Shown here: positions 29,722-36,162 of the stretch, one piece after another
How the letters are laid out: each line of letters begins with the position of its first letter
How positions within the stretch are numbered: the stretch's first letter is position 1
Assembly (NCBI GenBank): GCA_026988815.1
Contig: JALSKP010000139.1
Coordinates: forward strand, 1,927-65,926
Source of the DNA: Myxococcales bacterium
GTDB taxonomy: Bacteria; Myxococcota_A; Bradymonadia; Bradymonadales; Bradymonadaceae
DNA: 64,000 nt
Direction of reading: 5' to 3'
Position numbers and translations under genes: made by a program
Notes under the pieces: generated by a model
Database searches by the model: none
Seen by the model: only the letters and a program-made list of their open reading frames with translations
Told to the model about the DNA's origin: nothing

Positions 29722-29807
29722 ACTACCTTTCAACCAAGGGGTCGGCAGAACACTACCGAACGGTAGTCTACAGTCAACCCTTTAAAAAAAGATTTGAAAT
29801 TCTGAAA
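29707..29807. repeat. Left copy of an imperfect direct repeat (tetR first codons + RBS + palindrome + upstream DNA)
   Basis: Aligns by eye with 32469..32552. The shared segments are attctg(t/g)tctttc, ctttcaacc(c)aagg, a 35-nt core actaccgaacggtagtcta(c/t)agtcaacccttt, and tttgaaatt(c/a)tgaaa. This copy has 12 extra nt between two ctttca direct repeats. Confidence 0.7.
29752..29767. promoter_or_regulatory. 16-bp perfect palindrome ACTACCGAACGGTAGT, candidate TetR operator
   Basis: Inverted repeat ACTACCG-AA-CGGTAGT, 30 nt upstream of the tetR ATG. An identical copy lies at 32497..32512. Confidence 0.5.
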
Positions 29808-30084
29808 TGGACCTTAGAAAAAAATTGTAGGCGTGAAACGTGTAGGAAAAGTGCTGGCGCTCGGATAAGCACTTGCTCGGTAGCCGTAGATTGGAGGTTG
29901 TATTTGTCTCGGACCCTGATGTGGAAGCGCGTCCACAAGCCGAGTTAATGACCGATGTGAAGCACGATATTCTCATTTATTTACAACGCGTTACAGGAAA
30001 GCCTGAAACGAAAAAATGTTTTGGCCGAAGAAGAGTGCGCTTGGCATTCCGGGTGCTGAGTTTTGACAAGGATTGATTTATGTT

Positions 30085-30246
30085 GGGGCGGACCTTTTAG
30101 GAGCGCCCTCAACTGATGGAGTGGGAATGAGATATAAAACTATCAGGGTGGGAGAATTTGGGAGCGTCTTTGGACAATCCCAAAATTCTAAAATGGGCGT
30201 CGACAGACGTCCGCACCTCGTTGGGGCGTGGCCCCGGCTCAGGTGC
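30085..30246 (+). ncRNA. Candidate structured RNA (unclassified) in an ORF-free segment
   Basis: Consecutive hairpins: 30085-30090/30104-30109; 30154-30163/30178-30188 (10 bp with a 1-nt bulge); 30195-30201/30206-30212 (7 bp, GACA loop); 30213-30218/30241-30246 enclosing 30223-30227/30231-30235. The G-T wobble pairs fit the plus strand only. I recognised no known RNA family. Confidence 0.2.
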
Positions 30247-30391
30247 TTAATACCCCAGGTCTTTGAGAAAAGATCAAATGGCTTAAAATATCGTGGTTGG
30301 CGATGGTCAACCGGGATCAATTTGGTTCTTTTCTCGGAATCGAGATTGGTCTTAGTTCACTAAAATAATGAGCTAGGGGAGGAGCAAAAAC

Positions 30392-30433
30392 AGAAAGGCC
30401 GACTTTGGGATTCTTCTCGAAGGAGGCCTTTCT
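30392..30433. terminator. Hairpin with flanking A/T tracts (possible bidirectional terminator)
   Basis: AGAAAGGCC (30392-30400) pairs with GGCCTTTCT (30425-30433). The stem is preceded by AAAAAC and followed by ATGTTTT. On the minus strand the stem is followed by GTTTTTG. The 24-nt loop is long for an intrinsic terminator. Confidence 0.35.
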
Positions 30434-30684
30434 ATGTTTTGCGCTACCTTTTTTAGTTTATGGGTTTACAAAGTAAGGGGCCTTACAAGTAAGCAGATTT
30501 ACTATACTGATGAACTCCAATTTCGGAGTAACGATCATTTTCTTTTACCCCGAAAATATCACATATTTCCGGTTTCAACGGTTTCGTTACAGATCGGCCC
30601 CTTCGTCTCGTCGAATTTGTTTGACATCAATCGTGTTAGAATTAGAAAGACCGGTGCTTGAAATGAGTGGGCGAAGAGGGTTTG

Positions 30685-31236
30685 TCAGAGGTCGACCCGC
30701 ACGCCTGCAGAAACTCGCGCCGCAAAGACCTCGGTGTCGGCGCCAGTCTCGCGCAGGTGAAGATGGCACAAGTTTGGGAGTCCATCGCCGGTTGCGAGAG
30801 CACGTAGGCTGTCCGAGGGGTGGTGAACACCATCGAATCCGAGCGCGATCACGCCAAGGTCGGAGCGTGCGATTGTGGCGGCCGCCTCGGCGTCGAGCTC
30901 GCCCTCATGCACAATCAAGTAGCGCAATTGTGGGAGCCGCTCAGCGGTCAAAGTTCCTGCCTGCAACGCGGTAACGGGCTCAGCGCGGTTCGGTGGCCAG
31001 TAGCCGAGGTTAAGTTCAACAGTCACCAGGTTTGGGAACGATTGGTCGGTGGCGAAACCCAACCAATAGGCGGCGAAGTCGATCTGAATCGACGTGAGGT
31101 TTTGCGTCGCCTCTACAAGTGGCACCACTCCTTCTGACGTCACAATGCTATTTTCAGGACATGACAGGCGAAGGGCCTCCAACACGGGTAATTCGCCTAA
31201 CCAGGCTGACAACGCAGCACAGGGCTCGGTCATCAA
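30685..31236 (-). CDS. Leucine-rich-repeat (RNI-like) protein fragment, probably the C-terminal part of a frameshifted gene
   Basis: 183-aa GC-rich ORF with LRR-like periodicity (LGELPVLEALRLS, FPNLVTVELNL, LPQLRYLIV, LPNLCHLHL). Its 5' end overlaps the upstream ORF by 83 nt in another frame. Confidence 0.45.
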   Translation of the reverse strand: MMTEPCAALSAWLGELPVLEALRLSCPENSIVTSEGVVPLVEATQNLTSIQIDFAAYWLGFATDQSFPNLVTVELNLGYWPPNRAEPVTALQAGTLTAERLPQLRYLIVHEGELDAEAAATIARSDLGVIALGFDGVHHPSDSLRALATGDGLPNLCHLHLRETGADTEVFAARVSAGVRVDL

Positions 31237-32095
31237 GCGTTTCCAACGTGATATCCACCACGCGCAAAGCGTGTCCTGGGAGCTTTGTCAATGCCTCGAA
31301 CAAGGCCTCGTTGTCTACGAGTTCCTCGATATCGGCCAAACATTTCCTACCGATCAAGGCTTCTAACTCCTCCGGGGTCAACGATCCTTTCAGACTAAAA
31401 TGACGTAGACGAGCGGCGGACTTCGCTTTGATCATTGGGGTAAGATCGTAGTCATGACCACTGTGCAAACGTAGTTTTGTTAGTGTTTTGGGGAGGGATA
31501 CGGCCTTGCTATTAAATCGAATACCCAAGAAAGCGCCGTCGAGACTCTCCAATTTGGGAAAGCGTGTGGGCAACATCTTGGCGAACAAAGTCAACGCGTC
31601 GTTACTCATTCCAAGTTGTAGATGACGCAGCCCTGCAAAGGCGCCTTTCTTCGTAAGGCGGCTCATCGCCGTCTTTCCTACAACGCCCTGCAATTCCAAA
31701 GACGTGAGCTTAGTCAGGCCGGAGTCCAACGTGTATGCAAGCCGTTTGTCGTAGGTTTCGTATTCATTCCAAAGGGAGAGGGTGTGCAGTTTGCGAACAG
31801 CGGCGACACGGGCGAGCTCAGTAACGTCATGCTCGTTGATACAGACTCGCAGACTTCGAAGTTTGCGTTGTGCCTTGAACAAGGGCTTAACTTGATCGGT
31901 CGTGAGCTCGGCATCACTGTGGATGTGGGTCAGCTTTGGTAGCGCGTAATCCGTCAAGGTCTCGAAGTCGCTGACTTGCAAGGTCGAAATCTTAGCCAAC
32001 ACGTCGGAATCCGAGATTACGACGGTGTGCCTGGAATAGTGCGTACGAGCGGCCACGCGTTTGGTGGCTCGCCTTTGTTTGCGGCCGCAAACCAA
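31154..32095 (-). CDS. Leucine-rich-repeat (RNI-like) protein, central fragment (possible pseudogene)
   Basis: 313-aa ORF with LRR-like segments (LRSLRVCIN, LHTLSLWN, LTKLTSLELQG, LRHLQLGMS, FPKLESLD, LTKLRLHS, LRHFSLKG). The last roughly 25 aa (ALCCVVSLVRRITRVGGPSPVMS) look non-native, whereas the overlapping frame continues the LRR pattern. Confidence 0.5.
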   Translation of the reverse strand: MVCGRKQRRATKRVAARTHYSRHTVVISDSDVLAKISTLQVSDFETLTDYALPKLTHIHSDAELTTDQVKPLFKAQRKLRSLRVCINEHDVTELARVAAVRKLHTLSLWNEYETYDKRLAYTLDSGLTKLTSLELQGVVGKTAMSRLTKKGAFAGLRHLQLGMSNDALTLFAKMLPTRFPKLESLDGAFLGIRFNSKAVSLPKTLTKLRLHSGHDYDLTPMIKAKSAARLRHFSLKGSLTPEELEALIGRKCLADIEELVDNEALFEALTKLPGHALRVVDITLETLDDRALCCVVSLVRRITRVGGPSPVMS

Positions 32096-32358
32096 TCGTG
32101 CGGAGCTTCCCGCACAAGATCGTCGATCGTAGCCAGCGCTGTTTCAAGTGCCTTGATCGTTTTGGGGGTCAGTGTGAGATGGTTGGCTCCCGCTGAAACC
32201 GCCTGCCACTCCATTTTCGCCAGCGAGGTGGGTTCGGGGCGGGATTGGCGTACCTCGATAGGGCCTCCACGGATGCCCAGCAGGATTGGATCTTGTAGAT
32301 AGACAACCGGGCGGGTGGCCTGGAGCAAGGTCTGCAATGAGGGGGTGTTCTTGAGCAT
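32017..32358 (-). CDS. Hypothetical N-terminal fragment upstream of, and overlapping, the LRR ORF
   Basis: 113-aa GC-rich ORF that overlaps 31154..32095 by 79 nt in a different frame. No domain was recognised. Confidence 0.35.
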   Translation of the reverse strand: MLKNTPSLQTLLQATRPVVYLQDPILLGIRGGPIEVRQSRPEPTSLAKMEWQAVSAGANHLTLTPKTIKALETALATIDDLVREAPHDWFAAANKGEPPNAWPLVRTIPGTPS

Positions 32359-32468
32359 CTATTCGGTTCATTTACAAAATTAAAACGATCTATGCTTTGT
32401 GGCGGTGTACAAAATCTGCCTCATTTGTCCGTGATGGCAAAACCTTTTGCCGTCTACCAAAAGCACGC

Positions 32469-32552
32469 ATTCTGGTCTTTCAACCCAAGGCGATAAACTA
32501 CCGAACGGTAGTCTATAGTCAACCCTTTGGCGAAATATTTGAAATTATGAAA
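32469..32552. repeat. Right copy of the imperfect direct repeat (truncated tetR 5' end + palindrome + upstream DNA)
   Basis: See 29707..29807. This copy lacks the 12 nt that contain the tetR ATG in the left copy. Confidence 0.7.
32497..32512. promoter_or_regulatory. Second copy of the palindrome ACTACCGAACGGTAGT
   Basis: Identical 16-mer, 79 nt upstream of the ATG of the 32592 gene. Confidence 0.4.
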
Positions 32553-32591
32553 AGAGGATGTTAGATCAATACAATCTAAAACGAGATCTCC

Positions 32592-34358
32592 ATGCGCCAG
32601 TCTGTACTTCTATGCATTAGCTTCATTTTTGTCTTATTGTCTTCTTGTACCGATACGGTGGGAAGCGGTAACGACTGCCCTGCAAACGAAAAAGAGAATC
32701 CCATCACAGGCACCTGCGAGCCGATCGTGAGAGATAGAAACAACAAGCCTCAACCCAATAACAACGCCAATAACGGCGGCCAGTCCACCAATACAACGGC
32801 GAACAATGGAACGACCGGAACGACGACAGGAAGCACGATTTCTGAGTCTTGCCAGGACTGTCCCGTTCAAATCAATCCTGGTCGCATTGTCTTCAGTTAT
32901 ACGCCAGTTCTGGAATCAAAAAACAACAATATTACGCTCAAGAGTAACGTTGATAGTATTATTAAAGTGACCGCCGTCGAGTTTGAAAATGCAACGCCGG
33001 ACGAATTCTCGATCGTGGGGATTAATGTGGGCGATACGATTTCCGGATTGGGCGTGGTTTCGGGGAATGTTCAGTTTACGCCCAAAGATCAGACCGACGA
33101 TGACGTGATCCTTAAGATTTCTTTTGAAGGCATTAGCGAGCCCGCGACGCTCATTCTTAAAAGCCGCATTATGGGCACCGACCTTTGTTCTGAGAACTGC
33201 CCACGTATTCAAGTATCGCCTAGCCATGTCGCCCTATCCTTCCAACCTATGTCGCCCAATATCGAGCAGACCATTGTTGTTGGAAGTGTTGGCCAAGCCA
33301 ATATCGTAATTCATGAAATTCTATTGGTTCAACAAGGTGCCGCATTTTCTCTTTCCCACGATCAGCTTCCGATGACCTTGCGGCCGAGCGAGACGCGAAA
33401 CTTAGATCTCACCTTTGATACCTCATCAGGTGGAGGCCCGACCGGAGAAATTTTGATTCGAAGCAATGATCCCTTCACACCCGAAATCAAAATCCCCCTT
33501 AGCGCGACAACCAAAGGTGGATCCGAAGATCCATGTATTGACGTTACACCAGTCACGCTCAATTTCGGCTCGCTACAGCGCGGCCAAACCCAGGTTCGAA
33601 ATTTCGCGATTACAAATTGCGGCATCGGTCCCTTGAATGTAACCGGTATTGAGCGAGGTCGCTTTTTTGGAATTCCTACAAGTTCGGCCTATCAGCTCAC
33701 AGGCTGGACCGGTGGAATTGTTCCTGCCAACCAAACACAATTGGTTGAAATGACCTACTCGCCGGGGCGAGCGGGACGCGATAATGGTAGCTTTAATGTC
33801 CGGTCTGATGCGACGGCCTCTCCCTCGGTTCGCGTTAGTGTGCGCGCGATTTCTGAGACTCCACCCATCGCTGACCAAGACATTCACATTAAAGTTGAGT
33901 GGAATTCCGATGACACAGATGTCGATACCCATGTTTTACTTTTGCCAGGAAATCAAGCCCCAGGTGTTCAAGGCCTGTGGTGCGATAACGATTGTTACTT
34001 CCAACATCCTGAACGCGATTGGGGCGTACCCGGGGACTGGCAAGATGATCCCTTTTTGGATTTAGATGATGTGGATGGATTCGGACCAGAAAACGTAAAT
34101 ATCGCAAAGGGAATCAACGGTAAGAAATATCGTGTCGTTCTCCACTATTATGACGATAGCCATGAAGAATCCGGCTCATCTTCATCTGATGTAACGGTAA
34201 GTCTTTACCATCGCGGTATGCTTCAGCAGACTTGGGGCCCTCTTCATCTTGAGCGAACAAGCGACACCCGAGATGTGTTTGAAATCGCGTGGCCATCACG
34301 CACGATTACGACCCTGAGCGGCGGAATCTACCGCGCGTCTCGTTCGTGCAGTCCTTAA
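32592..34358 (+). CDS. Secreted lipoprotein with repeated beta-sandwich (Ig-like) modules and a C-terminal DUF2135-like domain
   Basis: 588-aa ORF with lipobox LLSSCTD and an Asn/Thr/Gly-rich linker. It has three similar modules, each beginning near a Cys-Pro (CQDCPVQINP, CSENCPRIQVSP, DPCIDVTPV). The C-terminal VEWNSDDTDVDTHVLL...DLDDVDGFGPENVNI...KYRVVLHYYDD resembles the YfaP/DUF2135 pattern. Confidence 0.8.
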   Translation: MRQSVLLCISFIFVLLSSCTDTVGSGNDCPANEKENPITGTCEPIVRDRNNKPQPNNNANNGGQSTNTTANNGTTGTTTGSTISESCQDCPVQINPGRIVFSYTPVLESKNNNITLKSNVDSIIKVTAVEFENATPDEFSIVGINVGDTISGLGVVSGNVQFTPKDQTDDDVILKISFEGISEPATLILKSRIMGTDLCSENCPRIQVSPSHVALSFQPMSPNIEQTIVVGSVGQANIVIHEILLVQQGAAFSLSHDQLPMTLRPSETRNLDLTFDTSSGGGPTGEILIRSNDPFTPEIKIPLSATTKGGSEDPCIDVTPVTLNFGSLQRGQTQVRNFAITNCGIGPLNVTGIERGRFFGIPTSSAYQLTGWTGGIVPANQTQLVEMTYSPGRAGRDNGSFNVRSDATASPSVRVSVRAISETPPIADQDIHIKVEWNSDDTDVDTHVLLLPGNQAPGVQGLWCDNDCYFQHPERDWGVPGDWQDDPFLDLDDVDGFGPENVNIAKGINGKKYRVVLHYYDDSHEESGSSSSDVTVSLYHRGMLQQTWGPLHLERTSDTRDVFEIAWPSRTITTLSGGIYRASRSCSP

Positions 34359-35575
34359 GCACTTCGGTTTAAAAAACGAAACTTCTCAGCGCTATCGCGC
34401 GTCAAAAAATTTTCACTATCCCACGCTCCACCTGCCAAGATCGACGTCATTCGCGTCACGATAGAGGCCGGTTTTTGGGCATCGCTATGGAGCAAAGATC
34501 CCAACGTGCCATCATACCAGGTTTCAACACAGCCTGAAAAAACATTGATGCCTTCTAAAAGTGGTGCGTCGTATTCCTTTTCCCAGTCAAACCCGGTTGA
34601 AGAAAACATGGCCTGAATACCCTTTGCGGATCGAATTGCAGATTCAGTTGCCAGAGCGATACCGCTGGAAAGTACGGGATCTAAAAAACCTAGACTATTA
34701 CCAACCAAACAATAGCCTTCCCCGGAGGGTTTAATAATCGCCTTTTTAAACCCAAAAGCGGATTTTGGCGGACGCGCAAACTCAACATCCGAAAAGCGTT
34801 CTCTGGTCGGTGAAAAAAGCGCTAGCAGACGTCGATAGGCAGCTTCATCATTTTCACCCTCTTCATGAATATTGGATTTTAAGTCGATAAATCCAACCGA
34901 GGCCAGTTCGTTGGTGATTGGAATTATCCAGCCCCAAGTTTGACTTTCGTTGGTCAGAACCCAGGTCGCTAGACCATCAAAACCATCGGGTCGTCGTGCA
35001 TCCTTGAGGTGCGCAAAAATCGCCCCTCGGGGATCCTCAGCTTGAACTTTTTGCTGGGCTTTTTCTTTTGCATCGACGAGAAGCGCTTTTCCTGACGCAT
35101 CGACAACCCAATCCACCTTTACCGATCTTTTCGTGTCGCCTTCCACGAGATCAAGGGTCCACATCCCGCCCTGGAGGTGCCCCTTTTCGAGGCATGTGTT
35201 CCAAAGAATTTCAATGCCTTGTGCTTCAACTTCTTCGCTTAATGCAAAATCAAACGCCGAACGTGGCATACTAAAAGCGTGGTCAAAATCCAAATTCATG
35301 GTATCCGAAAAATGAATTCGAGTTTTCTTTAGGCCGTTATGAAAAACACCCCCCGGTTTTTTTATAAAATGCATTTTTTCCACGGCGCCTAAAAGTCCAG
35401 CCTCTTTGAAGTGGTCAAGCGAGACCGGCAACAAAGATTCACCCACTGCGAACCTAGGAAAGGTTGTTCTTTCGATAATAAAACTTTTGATGCCAAGTTT
35501 GTTTAACATCGCCGCACAGGTCGTACCGCCGGGGCCGGCTCCAATAATCGCTACCAAAGGTGTATCTTCTTTCAT
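34355..35575 (-). CDS. Flavin-dependent halogenase-like FAD monooxygenase
   Basis: GxGxxG is present (IIGAGPGG), along with the halogenase signature WxWxIP (WGWIIP) and FPRFAVGESLLP. The ATG at 35575 overlaps the upstream stop (ATGA). The ORF is open to 35593. Confidence 0.8.
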   Translation of the reverse strand: MKEDTPLVAIIGAGPGGTTCAAMLNKLGIKSFIIERTTFPRFAVGESLLPVSLDHFKEAGLLGAVEKMHFIKKPGGVFHNGLKKTRIHFSDTMNLDFDHAFSMPRSAFDFALSEEVEAQGIEILWNTCLEKGHLQGGMWTLDLVEGDTKRSVKVDWVVDASGKALLVDAKEKAQQKVQAEDPRGAIFAHLKDARRPDGFDGLATWVLTNESQTWGWIIPITNELASVGFIDLKSNIHEEGENDEAAYRRLLALFSPTRERFSDVEFARPPKSAFGFKKAIIKPSGEGYCLVGNSLGFLDPVLSSGIALATESAIRSAKGIQAMFSSTGFDWEKEYDAPLLEGINVFSGCVETWYDGTLGSLLHSDAQKPASIVTRMTSILAGGAWDSENFLTRDSAEKFRFLNRSA

Positions 35576-36162
35576 TCTTCTCCCTCTCCGCATTGGGTGG
35601 TTTGAATTAGGAACTGATAGGCTCGCCTAGAATCGACAATCGAAATCCGCGATGGACATGTCTTTCCCTCCTTCCATTCGTAGCGAACAATCGTATCTTT
35701 CCTTACTATATTCCTCGTAATTATTTTCCCCTTATCCCAAAAATCTTCGATGGGGCCAATTTCGCTTTGATGGATTTGTTTGCCCTCAAGCTCCCCTACC
35801 ATCGGCGTCAATACCAAGGTTGCGCTAATGACCTGCATCACCAAACGCAAATCAAAAGGTATCTTGTCCGCATAACGCCCCGACACTTTCCCGTGCGTGC
35901 CCTCCTGCTCAAGAATCACAATGGGCCGGCCCGAGGGGTCCAAAAAAACAGTCGTTAGAAGCGAACCGTCGTATTGCACAACCGCGTCAAGTTCACGCGT
36001 TTCTTTGGCGATAATGGTGATGTTTTGGCGCGTAAAAAAAGGTTCAATGTCGTCGGAAATTCGAACCAACTTTGGCGCGGGGCTATCTTTCTTTTGGGTG
36101 GTGCACGCGGACGGTAAAGCGAACGTGACGACTAAAAGAAGGTAAACTCTACATCTTTTCAT
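35572..36162 (-). CDS. DUF3261-like lipoprotein (aryl-polyene cluster accessory)
   Basis: 196-aa ORF with lipobox LPSACT. The position after the MMPL exporter matches aryl-polyene clusters. The family assignment is from memory of cluster architecture. Confidence 0.65.
   Translation of the reverse strand: MKRCRVYLLLVVTFALPSACTTQKKDSPAPKLVRISDDIEPFFTRQNITIIAKETRELDAVVQYDGSLLTTVFLDPSGRPIVILEQEGTHGKVSGRYADKIPFDLRLVMQVISATLVLTPMVGELEGKQIHQSEIGPIEDFWDKGKIITRNIVRKDTIVRYEWKEGKTCPSRISIVDSRRAYQFLIQTTQCGEGEE

Noticed and set aside
29808-30684. Whether the ORF-free segment is a group II intron, RNase P RNA, tmRNA, a tRNA-derived att site or a retron ncRNA.
   Set aside because: I looked for GUGYG plus a domain-V-like AGC...GNRA hairpin, the GAGGAAAGUCC RNase P motif, a tmRNA/tRNA T-arm (GGTTCGAATCC-like) with CCA end, and an adjacent reverse transcriptase. 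None was present. This leaves it unclassified rather than excluded as RNA.
30510-30974. 154-aa Arg-rich plus-strand ORF, and other 60-105-aa ORFs on both strands across 30.5-32.4 kb.
   Set aside because: They are typical spurious open frames generated by GC-rich DNA, antisense to the LRR-like ORFs. Their composition is implausible (runs of R, P and S).
29808-32468. Mobile-element genes (integrase, transposase, recombinase) or terminal inverted repeats in the insertion.
   Set aside because: No ORF in any frame showed integrase or transposase motifs, and the boundaries are direct rather than inverted repeats. I therefore did not call a mobile_element feature.
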